Below are positions 49,237 through 59,379 of a stretch of DNA of 64,000 bases, piece after piece. Location: assembly GCA_000092065.1 (NCBI GenBank), contig CP000592.1; one strand, 5' to 3'. The stretch is from Ostreococcus lucimarinus (lineage: Eukaryota). A program made the position numbers and the translations under genes. The notes under the pieces were generated by a model. That model did not search any database, had not been told where the DNA came from, and saw only the letters and a program-made list of their open reading frames with translations. How positions within the stretch are numbered: position 1 is the first letter of the stretch; every line of letters begins with the position of its first letter.

Positions 49237-49470
49237 GTGCCCGATTTTAACGCCATGTACGAGCTGTACGACCCGTGCACGGTGATGTTCTTCTTCCGGA
49301 ACAAGCACATACAGATCGATCTCGGGACGGGGAACAACAACAAGGTGAACTGGGCGATGGACGATAAGCAGGAGTTCATCGACATCGTGGAGACGGTGTA
49401 CACGGGCGCGCGCAAGGGGCGGGGTTTGGTGATCTCTCCGAGGGATTACTCGACGAAATATCGATACTAG
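49237..49470 (+). CDS. TXNL4A: DIM1/TXNL4A, exon 3 (through the stop). Total length is 142 aa.
   Basis: VPDFNAMYELYDPCTVMFFFRNKHIQIDLGTGNNNKVNWAMDDKQEFIDIVETVYTGARKGRGLVISPRDYSTKYRY is near-identical to DIM1. The ORF-track M is actually the GTG Val codon after the acceptor. Confidence 0.85.
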   Translation: MPDFNAMYELYDPCTVMFFFRNKHIQIDLGTGNNNKVNWAMDDKQEFIDIVETVYTGARKGRGLVISPRDYSTKYRY

Positions 49471-49539
49471 CGCTAGAAGAATGTTACATGCATGCATACA
49501 CATAGATTGATTCGAATCGTTTCGTCGTTTCGTTTCGCG

Positions 49540-50616
49540 TCACGGAGCGGCGCGTTTGGAGCCTCGCACGTCGCGAATGCCGCCCGCGGTGACGGCGTAC
49601 CGCGCGCGCGCCTGCGGTAAACGCGGAGACTTCGTGACGAACGCCACGCGTTCATCGTTTTCCCAGCTTAAAATCACCCTCGTCGTACACGCGTGCGCGT
49701 ACGACTCCCCGAGCGCGGGCACCAGCCGCGCCGAGCCGTCGCGCTGCGGCTTCACCGTCACCTGATTCACCGTCACCACCGCCACCTGCTGCGTCGTCGC
49801 GATGGACATCAACCTATTCGTCATCTTACTCAAAATCGTCGTCCGCAGCGCCATGTCTTGAAAATCCTGCCTAAAGTGAAACGCCACGCTATCGATCACC
49901 ACCAACCGCACTTTGGGTCGCTCGGCGATGAACTCCCCGAGCGTCTCCAGCGCCGCCAACAGCTCCGTCACCTCGTGACATCGAAACAAGTGAATCCCTC
50001 GCAGCATCGCCTCCGGCGCGCACGTCTCAAGCGCCGCCTCCATCTCTCGCCTCGCGTCCTCGTCCTCGCACCTCTTCGCGCACCGCCCTAGGTGTTCCGC
50101 CAGCGCCTCCGCCATGTCCATCGCTCGCTCCGCCGTGAAGCTCCCCTCCGTGTCCACGTACACCGCCTCGCCTCCCAATCCCCCGAACGCCCGCGGCGTC
50201 TGCGCGCTCACGCTCAGCTGCATCGCCATCTGCGTTTTCCCGATTCCCGGGCATCCGCACAGCTCCGTGATCTCGCCGCTCGCCGCGCCGCCTCCCAGCG
50301 CGTCGTCCAGCGCCTCGCAAAACGTAAACACCGACCACCGCGCGCGCTCCTCTCGCAGCAATTCCGCCGCCGACCGCGCCCCTCTCAGCGCGATGCCCTC
50401 GCCGTTGAATCGCGCGGCTTTCAGCGCGTCGTTCGCCTCGTCCAGCGTCAGCGCGCACTCGCGCGCGAGCGTCGACGGAGAGTTTCCAGAGATGCGCAGG
50501 ACGTCGCGCGCGCTGTGCACGCCCGCGCGCTGGAGCTTCGAGCGCGTGGACGGCGCGAGGGCGAGCGAGGTGAGGGCGTAGGAGTCCTGGAACCAGTCGC
50601 CGGGGGCGTGGTCCAT
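49540..50616 (-). CDS. RAD51C: RAD51 paralogue, best match RAD51C.
   Basis: Walker A GEITELCGCPGIGKTQMAMQLSV, GEAVYVDTEGSF, VRLVVIDSVAFHFRQD, LVPALGESYAHACTTRV are colinear with human RAD51C blocks. ATG verified. Confidence 0.75.
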   Translation of the reverse strand: MDHAPGDWFQDSYALTSLALAPSTRSKLQRAGVHSARDVLRISGNSPSTLARECALTLDEANDALKAARFNGEGIALRGARSAAELLREERARWSVFTFCEALDDALGGGAASGEITELCGCPGIGKTQMAMQLSVSAQTPRAFGGLGGEAVYVDTEGSFTAERAMDMAEALAEHLGRCAKRCEDEDARREMEAALETCAPEAMLRGIHLFRCHEVTELLAALETLGEFIAERPKVRLVVIDSVAFHFRQDFQDMALRTTILSKMTNRLMSIATTQQVAVVTVNQVTVKPQRDGSARLVPALGESYAHACTTRVILSWENDERVAFVTKSPRLPQARARYAVTAGGIRDVRGSKRAAP

Positions 50617-50788
50617 GGCGACGGCCGACCGCGCGCGCGGGGGCGTGACGGGTGATTTTTGATTTTTAAACGCCTCGCGCGGATGCGTGGAACGACGGAG
50701 CGACGGAACGACGAACGACGGAACGATGGATGGATGGTGTCACAAAGACGCCGAACGCCGCGCGCGCGACGGGCGTCGCGCGTAATTA

Positions 50789-51694
50789 TTAACGGGATTT
50801 GGAGGGTTTGATGGCGTCGACGACGGTGGCGAGGAATTCTCGCGCGCGACGACGCGCGGCGTCGAAACCGACGAAGGATTTGTCGACGACGTCTCTGAAA
50901 CCGACTCGAGCGACGGCGTAACCGTCGATCGCGCGCGCCTTGATGGCGGACGCGGCGACGGCGACGTACTTCTCGCTGAAATCGCCGACAAAGGCGGTCA
51001 TTTTGCCCGTGTACGCCGTCGTGCGCTCCACGCTCGTCTCCAACAGCGCGTGCAAATTCTCCGTGCTCGATTTCAACATCGGCGCGAGCTTCGGACCGAC
51101 GCCCCCGATCGCGTCCCTGCATCGCGAGATCGCGTCCTCCATCGCCGCCCTGACGTCGTCGGAAAACACCCGCTCGAACGCGTCCGCGACGATCGCCATC
51201 GCTCGCTTCATCGCGTCCTCGCACTTGTCGACGCACCGCCTCGCCGCGCGTTTACACCGCTCCGGCCCGAGCGCGTACGCCACCGCGCATCCCGTCACCG
51301 CGCCCGCGATGAAGTACCCTCGCAGCCCGATCTTCGGCATCATCGTCGTCGATCTCGCGCTCGTCGCCCTCGCGGCGCGCTCTGTCGTCGCTCTCGCGCC
51401 TCCCAGCGTCGTCGGCGTCGTCGTCCCGCCCAGCGCCTTGGTCGCCGTCTCCCTCGCCCGCGTCCACGCCGCCGCGACGCCGTCGCTCGCGCTCGCGCTC
51501 GGCGCGCGCGTCACCGCGTCCGCGACCGTTCGCGCCGAGTCCGACGCCCGTCCGAACATCGCGTCGACGTGCGACGCGACGCTCGGGTCCGATCTTCGCG
51601 CGTAATCGAGCGCGACGTCGACGTATCCAAACTGTCGCTGCGACGCCGCGCCGAGCGCGAACGTCGTCGCGGGCACGACGACGCGGGTCGCCAT
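50789..51694 (-). CDS. Hypothetical protein, 301 aa, with one predicted TM helix (FIAGAVTGCAVAYAL). Unknown function.
   Basis: Clean non-Arg-biased ORF with amphipathic repeats. No family recognised. The track start at 51943 is GTG, and the first ATG is at 51694. Confidence 0.4.
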   Translation of the reverse strand: MATRVVVPATTFALGAASQRQFGYVDVALDYARRSDPSVASHVDAMFGRASDSARTVADAVTRAPSASASDGVAAAWTRARETATKALGGTTTPTTLGGARATTERAARATSARSTTMMPKIGLRGYFIAGAVTGCAVAYALGPERCKRAARRCVDKCEDAMKRAMAIVADAFERVFSDDVRAAMEDAISRCRDAIGGVGPKLAPMLKSSTENLHALLETSVERTTAYTGKMTAFVGDFSEKYVAVAASAIKARAIDGYAVARVGFRDVVDKSFVGFDAARRRAREFLATVVDAIKPSKSR

Positions 51695-51891
51695 TTTTGC
51701 GCGATCGTCTCGCGCCGGTGCGGCGGCGCGGTGTGGCGACGGCGCGACGGGCGCGTCGAGGGAAAGATTTTTTGAATGATCTTTCCCCTCTGGCTGTCGG
51801 GACGACGACGCGGACGCGCGAACGGATTGAAAAAAATGAAAGCGCGCGGCGCGCGGGTGAATGAATGAAGATGAAACTACGGCGTCGTTCA

Positions 51892-53025
51892 CTACTGCGA
51901 TGCGTCGCTCATGGCGTCGCGACGCTCGTCGACGGACCAACACTTGCCGGAGGAGACGACGTCGTCGGCGCGCGAGGCGAAGGCGGCGGCGCTCGCGGCG
52001 GTGCCGTCGGCGTACGCGGCGTCGGCGCGCGCCTCGGCGGAGGCGCGGGCGGCGATTTGTTCTAGGGTTTCACCGGTGTACGTGTCGACGCCGTCGACGA
52101 TGCCGACGCCCGTGGCGACGCGGACGCGCTGGCGGAAGGCGTCTTTTTCGCCCTTGAACTCGGAGTCGCACTTGGAAAAGCAGGGCACCATGACGGCGGC
52201 GTCTTCGTACAGCGGGGGCGGGACGACGTTGAACTTCCATTGGCAGGAAAAGTCGTCGTAGTTGGGTTGAATGTGTAAATCCATCCCAAAGTCCTCCTTC
52301 AACCACTCCTGCGACGGCGCCTTGCACGTGTTCACGCACACGCTCGCGCACTGCGACGTCTCTAAAAACCGACACCGCTCCGCCTTGACGGCTTGCGGCA
52401 CGCGCACAAACTTTGGCACATTCTTAAACGTCTTCGTCAACCACGCCGGCGTGGGAACCTCGACGTGATCGACCCCTTCCATCGGTCCCATGAGCCACGG
52501 AAACAAGTTCGTGAACACCAACACGAACGCGTAATTCGCCGCCCAATCCGGCGTATTCGGCTGGATGGCCTTTTTCCAAATCGGCGGCACGAACCCGATC
52601 CCGATCGCCGGCAGTATCCCAGCGAACACCCGCTTTGCCCGCACTTGCACGTCCCTCGCGTTTCCCTTCATGTCGTTCACCTCCCGCACCGCGCTCATGA
52701 TCCCCTCGAACTCCGTCCACGGCCTCGGATCCCGGTCGACGCCGCCCACCTCTCGCACCAGCAACCCGCGAATCGTCCGCGTCAAGATTTTACTCACCGG
52801 CGACGCGTCCACGCGCGCGTAATCCACCGTCCCGTCCTCGCGCAGCGGTAGCGACGACTGTTTCGGCGTCGCGCCGCGCCACGCCGCGCCCGCGTCGTCG
52901 CGCGACGCGTCCGCGCGTCGTCGCGTCGCGCGTCGTCGCGTCGTCTTATCGCGTCCCGTCGTCGTCGTCGTCGTCGTCGTCGCGCGTCGCGTCGCGCGCG
53001 CGCACGGCGTCGCGACGACGCGCAT
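51892..53025 (-). CDS. D27: Beta-carotene isomerase D27 (DWARF27 family, DUF4033), plastid-targeted.
   Basis: The C-terminal ERCRFLETSQCASVCVNTCKAPSQEWLKEDFGMDLHIQPNYDDFSCQWKFNVVPPPLYED matches the D27 iron-binding block CRFLEESGC.GMCVN.CK.PTQ.FF...G.PL.M.PNFED.SC...FG..PP. The start is placed at the internal ATG (53025) ahead of a Thr/Arg-rich presequence. Which ATG is used is uncertain. Confidence 0.7.
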   Translation of the reverse strand: MRVVATPCARATRRATTTTTTTTGRDKTTRRRATRRRADASRDDAGAAWRGATPKQSSLPLREDGTVDYARVDASPVSKILTRTIRGLLVREVGGVDRDPRPWTEFEGIMSAVREVNDMKGNARDVQVRAKRVFAGILPAIGIGFVPPIWKKAIQPNTPDWAANYAFVLVFTNLFPWLMGPMEGVDHVEVPTPAWLTKTFKNVPKFVRVPQAVKAERCRFLETSQCASVCVNTCKAPSQEWLKEDFGMDLHIQPNYDDFSCQWKFNVVPPPLYEDAAVMVPCFSKCDSEFKGEKDAFRQRVRVATGVGIVDGVDTYTGETLEQIAARASAEARADAAYADGTAASAAAFASRADDVVSSGKCWSVDERRDAMSDASQ

Positions 53026-53311
53026 CGCGCGCGCGTTCCCGCGTCGGCGTCGACGTCGACGCGCGCGCGCCGTCCGACGCGTCCGACGCGTCGCGGCGTC
53101 GCGACGTCGCGTCGACGCGGGCGACGCGCGTCGTCGCGACCGTCGATCGCGCGATCGTCTCGAACCTCGACGCGTCGATCGATCGCGCGAGACGAAGCTC
53201 GACGCGTCGATCGATCGAACGCGCGCGATGGTTCGATCGCGCGCGCGCGACGCGCGAACGGCCCGCGACGTCCGCGCCGCGCGGCACGACGGCGCGCGCG
53301 CGACGCGCGGC

Positions 53312-55315
53312 ATGGACGCGGTGTTCAAGAGCGATGCGAGCGATAAGCCGCACCGCGCGCCGCGCGCGGGGGCGAAGCGCGAGAAGAAGGCGCTGACGGC
53401 GAAGACGAAGCGGGCGCGGCGGGACGGCGGCGGCGGCGGGGACGACGCGACGACGCGCGGTGGGAACAATCCGCGGGCGTTCATATTCAGCGGGGCGAGA
53501 AAGGCGAAGCGGGCGCGGACGGTGGCGATCGAGAAGGCGGAGCGGAAGCTCCGGGCGCCGGTGCGAGAGCTGGGGGGGGGGGAGGAGGCGCCGCCGTTCG
53601 TGGTGTGCGTGCAGGGACCGCCGGGGGTGGGGAAGACGACGCTCGTGCGATCGCTGGTGAAGCACTACACGAGACACGCGCTGAATGAGATCAAAGGACC
53701 GCTGACGCTGGTGACGGGGAAGAAGCGGAAGATACAGATCATGGAGGTGAAGAACGACCTGAACGATATGGTGGACGCGGCGAAGGTGGCGGATTTGGTG
53801 TTGTTGCTCGTGGACGGATCGTTCGGATTCGAGATGGAGACGTTTGAGTTTTTAAACGTGCTGCAGGTGCATGGGTTTCCTCGAGTCATGGGCGTGCTGA
53901 CGCATCTCGACGAGTTTCACGACGTGAAGAAGTTGAAGAAGACGAAGAAGTTGTTGAAGCATCGCTTTTGGACGGAGATTTACGACGGCGCCAAGTTGTT
54001 TTACATTTCTGGCTTATCGAATGGGCGATATAATCTCAGGGACACGATGAACTTGGCGCGATTCATCTCGACGGCGAAGACCAAACCGTTGATTTGGCGA
54101 ACGTCGCATCCATACGTCGTGGGTGACCGTTTCGAGGACATCACAAAGCCAGAGCTCGTGCACGACAATCCCGTGTGCGATCGCGAGGTGGCGCTGTATG
54201 GGTACTTGCACGGATGCAACCTAAAGCACGGACAGCTCGTGCACGTTGCAGGGGTTGGGGACATGGCGGTGAAAGAAATCGCGCAATTGCCCGATCCGTG
54301 TCCGCTGCCGAGCAAGGAGAGAAAGCAGCGAAAATTGGACGAAAAGCAAAAGCTCATTTACGCCCCGATGAGCGACGTCGGTGGTTTATTGTACGATAAA
54401 GACGCGGTATACATCAGTGTCGACGACAAACAAATGAACTTCTCAAAGCGCCAGCTTCGTGAAAAACTTCTCGCGGAAGGGCGTCCGTTGCCAGATGAAC
54501 ACGCGGTGGATTTCGGCGTGGAGATGGTGCACGGTTTGCAGGACACGCGCATCTCCGTCGACGAGAAGCTTCGGAACAGCGAAATATCGCTCTTCAAAGG
54601 AAGTAAAGCGTTGAAAGGGGAAGATTTTCAGAAGAAAGACGCATTCGACGTGGACTCGGACGATGGAGATTCCGAGGGTGATTCGAGCGATGAGGACGAC
54701 TCGGACGACGAGAGCGATAATGGTAGCGACGGCGAAGACGTCGACTTTCCTTCGAGAAAGCAGAAAGCAGGCGACGGTAGAACGCGTCGCGCCGCTGACT
54801 TTGACGAAGAACCCGAGAGAGGATACGAAGACGTCGACAGCGAGGATGAGGATGAGGAGGGTGAGGATGAGGAAGACGACAACGAAGGTCTCGGTCGCGG
54901 CGCGTCCAAGTGGAAAGAAATGATGCAAGGGTACAAACGCGAGAAGACTCTTATGGAGCTCATCTACGACGATACCACGGGCACGACGCGCGGCGAGCGC
55001 GTGAATGAGTCCGGATCCGATTCCGACTCCGAATCAGACTTGTTTAGAAAGCAAGAAGATTCCGATTCAAAGATGGACACACTCGATTCGTTTGATCGAA
55101 CCAAATTCTTACCCGAAGTCCGCTCTGGTTTGGATCTCGACGATCCAGCACTTAGAAATCGATTCGTCACCGGTGATTGGGACGCGGCCAAGGCGCGAAG
55201 TGAGGCGCAACCGCGAGATGAGAACGAAGACGGCGACGAGGACGAAGTCTTTGGCGACTTTGAAGACTTAGAGACGGGTGAAAAGTTTGGACCCGGTGCG
55301 CCGGGCGGTAAAGAC

Positions 55316-55350
<35 letters not shown>

Positions 55351-56839
55351 CGACGGCGATGACGACGACGAAGAAGCGAAACGACTCGAAGAGAAGCGAG
55401 CGAAACACGAGGAGTTCGTATCAGAAGGTGGTGAAAAGTCGGTGAATAAAAAGAGTCCAAATTACGTCGACCCAGACGGTCCATCGTCGTACTTCGAGTT
55501 GGTGAAGAATCAAATGAAGGAAGAGACGGCGCGGTCGCGATCTATTTTGGACACTCTACCCGATCACACGCGGCAAGCGATGGAAGGTTTCCGCCCAGGA
55601 GCGTATCTCCGAATCGTCCTCGCCAGGGCGCCGTGCGAGTGGGTGGAAAACTTTGACCCCACGCGTCCAATCGTCATTGGTGGTATTCTCCCCGGCGAGG
55701 AAATCATGGGTCTTCAACAACTTCGGCTCAAGAAGCATAGGTGGCATCGCAAGACGCTGAAAAATCGTGACCCACTCATTTTTTCTGTCGGCTGGAGACG
55801 ATTCCAAAGCATTCCGGTGTACTCGATGATGGACGCGAATTCTCGTCATCGCATGATCAAGTACACACCCGATCACATGCACTGTTATGCAACATTTTAC
55901 GGACCTTTGAATCCGCAAAATACTGGGGTGATTGCGTTCCAAAGCTTGACGTCATCGCAGGCGAGCTTCAGAATTGCGGCGACGGCGACGGTGCTCGAGT
56001 TTGATCACTCGATTAAAATCGTTAAGAAGCTCAAACTCGTCGGCACGCCGACGAAGGTGTTCAAGAACACCGCCTTCATCTCTGGTATGTTCAATTCTTC
56101 CTTAGAAGTCAGCCGATTTGAGGGTGCTGCGCTTCGAACGGTCTCAGGTATCAGAGGTACGATTAAGAAAGCCGTCAAGCCGGGTGAGGGAACGCACGGA
56201 TCAAAGGATGGTGGCATGAAGGAGGGTAGTTTCCGCGCCTCGTTTGAGGATAAGCTTCTCTTATCGGACATTATCTTCTTACGCACGTGGACCAAGGTGG
56301 ATGTGCCGAAATTCTACAACCCAGTCACGTCGGGCATGATGAAGGACACGAAGGAATGGCGAGGCATGAAAACCGTCGGTCAACTCCGGTTTGAGAAATC
56401 GATGCCGATTCCCGTCAATCCCGATTCCATTTACAAGCCAATCGAGCGACAAAAACGCGTGTTCAACAAACTGCAAGTTCCAAAAGCGCTTCAGCAAGCG
56501 TTACCTTTCAAGTCGAAGCCGAAGTTGGAGAAGGCTCGAACGCGGGAGACGCTCGAGCAGCGGCGCGCCGTCGTTCAAGACAAGGAGGAGAACAAACTCG
56601 CCACCATGGTGCAGCAACTCAACACTATTCGCAACGAAAAGCTCGCGAAGCGCGAACAACAACAAGCCGCGCGTCGCGCCGCTCGCGCGAAAGCACAAAA
56701 GATCGAGGACGAGTGGCGTGGACAGCTCAAGAAGGACAATCTCAAACGAGCGTATCGCGAAAAAGGCAAAGCCGAGGCGGCGCAGGCGCGCGCGAGAGAG
56801 GGCGGCGGCAAGTTTGCGAAGAAGCGCAAGAAATCGTAA
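53312..56839 (+). CDS. BMS1: Ribosome biogenesis GTPase BMS1.
   Basis: PPFVVCVQGPPGVGKTTLVRSLVKHYTRHALNEIKGPLTLVTGKKRKIQIME...VADLVLLLVDGSFGFEMETFEFLNVLQVHGFPRVMGVLTHLD...HRFWTEIYDGAKLFY is colinear with human and yeast BMS1. Acidic (GDD)n insert and Lys-rich C-terminus. Start at ATG 53312. Confidence 0.9.
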
Positions 56840-56888
56840 TCACCGTCGAAAAAATTGTAATCTATATGTTCTATCGGTTCTACGTAGC

Positions 56889-57572
56889 CTACGCACGAAC
56901 CGTGGTCCCGAAAGCGACCGCCGTTTTACGAACGCCGACGCGATTTCTCATTGGCGGCGCCCGCGTCTTCTCCTCTCGCTCACTCTCATGCGCCACCACG
57001 CGACGTCTCTCGCGCTGCGTCTCCCCCCAAATCTCCTCTGCAATCTCATCTCTAATATCCCTCATCCTTCGCTCGACATCGCGTCGCGCATCGATCGCGA
57101 ACGCCCTCGTCTCCTCGTTTGGAAACCCGCGCCACGCTTCCTCGTCTCCGTTCGTCGCGCGCGTCTCCTTCTTCTCTTTCATCTCCTCCTCCGCGCTCGC
57201 CAACGCGCGCGCGACGACTTGTCTATAATCAAAAGCTCCGCCCAGCGCGCGTTCGACGCGCACGCGCGCCGCGCTCTTCCCCGCCGCGTGGTCCGCGTCG
57301 TCGTCGCGCGCCTCGCGCGAAACAATTGACTCTTCAAGTCGCGCGCGCCTCGTCCGCGCGCTCGCGTCGCCTCGCGCCCCCGCACCGCGCGCGGCGTGCA
57401 CGCGCGCATCGTCACGCGTCGTCTCCGCCTCTTCGTCGCGCTCGAACGCGCGCGCGCGCGTCGTCGTCGTCGTCGTCGTCGCGCCGGTCAGCGTCCCGGT
57501 CGTCGCGCCACCGCCGACGACGAGCGTCGGCGGTCTGTGCCGCTCGAGCGCACCGTTCGCGCGCGCGCGCAT
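56889..57572 (-). CDS. Hypothetical small charged protein. The C-terminal ~90 aa look genuinely coding (EEAWRGFPNEETRAFAIDARRDVERRMRDIRDEIAEEIWGE...), while the N-terminal half is low-complexity.
   Basis: Only ORF-level evidence, in an otherwise gene-free 1 kb gap. It could start at an internal Met. No family recognised. Confidence 0.25.
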   Translation of the reverse strand: MRARANGALERHRPPTLVVGGGATTGTLTGATTTTTTTRARAFERDEEAETTRDDARVHAARGAGARGDASARTRRARLEESIVSREARDDDADHAAGKSAARVRVERALGGAFDYRQVVARALASAEEEMKEKKETRATNGDEEAWRGFPNEETRAFAIDARRDVERRMRDIRDEIAEEIWGETQRERRRVVAHESEREEKTRAPPMRNRVGVRKTAVAFGTTVRA

Positions 57573-57897
57573 CGTGCGTTCGAACGCCGTCGTTCGAGCC
57601 GCGCGCGCGCGATCGCGGCGTCGCGGTGTGCCGCGCAGTCAACGAAATGTTTTCAGTTCGCCGTCGCCTCGCCGTCGCCTCGCCGCGAGACACGCCGCGA
57701 GACCGCGCGAACGTACGTAAGATGCGCGAGTTAAGTTACAAAAACCATAATCGGTGACCCATCGCTACTGACGTATTATATCGCGCGCGCGCGCGAGAGA
57801 GACGTAGCTTTTACACAAAACTCGACGTCTCGTCGCGACGGCAATCGTTTGAAATTACGTTCAATTCAGCCCTCGCGATCGCTCGTCGACGACTCGC

Positions 57898-58314
57898 TTA
57901 CTTGTACACCACTTGCGCCGGCGGCGCTTGCACGACGATCACTTGCGGTTGCGGGGCGCCAGCCTGCGGGTTCGCCGCCGCCGCCGCTTGTCGATCGTTG
58001 ATCTCTCGGCTGACCTGGCACTGCAAGCACGGGTGGCAGCAGATGCACGCGATCGTATCGAGCGGGGCCGTCACCCCGACGCGATACAGCGCGCTCTTGA
58101 ACACGCTCCCTCCGTGCACGAGCCCTAGGGGACAGCAGAACATGTACGCGATGTAGTTGATGCAGCACGTCCCGAAGCAATCGCCCGAGCCCGTGCGCTG
58201 CGCGATCGTACCGACGTGGCACGGGCCGCAGCAGCACGCGTACAGGCAGTCACCGACGTCGTCGGTGCAGCCGAAGAGCTGGTTATTCATGTAGACCGGC
58301 GTGTGGACGGACAT
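57898..58314 (-). CDS. PLAC8 / FW2.2-like (PCR, Cys-rich) domain protein.
   Basis: CLYACCCGPCHVGTIAQRTGSGDCFGTCC...CICCHPCLQCQ is the PLAC8/DUF614 Cys signature. Start at internal ATG 58314 (MSVHTPVYMNNQLFGCTDD...). Pro/Gln-rich C-terminal tail. Confidence 0.7.
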   Translation of the reverse strand: MSVHTPVYMNNQLFGCTDDVGDCLYACCCGPCHVGTIAQRTGSGDCFGTCCINYIAYMFCCPLGLVHGGSVFKSALYRVGVTAPLDTIACICCHPCLQCQVSREINDRQAAAAANPQAGAPQPQVIVVQAPPAQVVYK

Positions 58315-58917
58315 GGCGCGCGAGGTGGTCGTCGAGCAGTGCCGCGCGCGTCCGATCGTTCGAACGAATTTAGTGTTTCGCCGCCGAACGCGGGAAAGCG
58401 ACGATATCAAGAGATGGGCGTTCGGGGTATCTTTATACGGGATGCGCGCCCATCGCGCGCCCACCGAATCTCCGGTCGAAATCGCCATCACGCGCGCGTA
58501 TTGTGGCGAGATAAGGTGGGCTGGCGATAAATTTGGGGTTCGGCGCGCCGGAGATCGCGCGGTGTCCGTGTTCACCCTAGGGCGGTGCGGCTCGGCGACG
58601 CGCGCGGGAGATCGACGCGCGCGACGCCGACGCCGACGCGCCGTCGCGTTCGCGCGCGCGCGACACCGCTCGAGAGAATTTCACTCGAACGCTCGCGCGC
58701 GCGCGACGGCGCGCTCGACGTCGCGGGCGACGCGCGCGACCGCATTCGCGCGCGCGCGCGCGTCGGATCGCGACGCGCCGCGCGGCGATCGTCGCGACGC
58801 GCGCGACGTCGAGCGAGGGTTCGCGCGATCGAACGCGCGCGGCGGTGGGGCGAAGGCGCGGTGACGGTCGATCGATCGGTCGGATCTCGCGCCGGCGGAG
58901 ATCGGCGCGGTCCAGAG

Positions 58918-59015
58918 GTGGATTGGATCGGATTGGATTGCGTTGGATTGCGTTGGATTGCGTGTGATTGATTGGTCTGATTCGATCGCGTCGATTCGAT
59001 TTGATTGATTTCGAT
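58918..59015. repeat. GGATTG/GCGTTGGATT degenerate tandem repeat block, in the ~1 kb divergent intergenic region between PLAC8 (-) and the SAND-PNUTS gene (+).
   Basis: Direct reading: gattggatcggattggattgcgttggattgcgttggattgcgtgtgattgattggtctgattcgatcgcgtcgattcgatttgattgatttcgat. Confidence 0.85.
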
Positions 59016-59379
59016 ACGTCGATCTTGGACGTAGAAAAGGCTCGGTTGAACGCGAACCGACGCCCCCCCCGACGAGAACGAGCGATCGCGAGGCGGAACG
59101 CGCCGTCGACGATCGATTGAACGATTTTCATTCTCGCGCGCGCGCTCGCTCGCGAATCGATTTTCTTTCATTGAAAAACACCAACGCGCTCGACGCGCGG
59201 GTAGACGTTCTACGCCGGACTCGATCGGAGAAATTCCGAGAGGACGATAATAGACGTCACCGCGTTTGGCCTGTTAAATAAATAATAGGAACTTCCTCGA
59301 GGCGACCGCCGCGAGAGAAGGGAAGAACAGAGGCGGTTTCGTCCGACTCGACGCTCGCTCGGCGAGTCTTTGACTGGCG

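Noticed and set aside
55317-55375. Tandem ggcgatgac repeat as a mobile or satellite element.
   Set aside because: It lies in frame inside BMS1 and simply encodes an acidic (GDD)n linker typical of ribosome-biogenesis factors.
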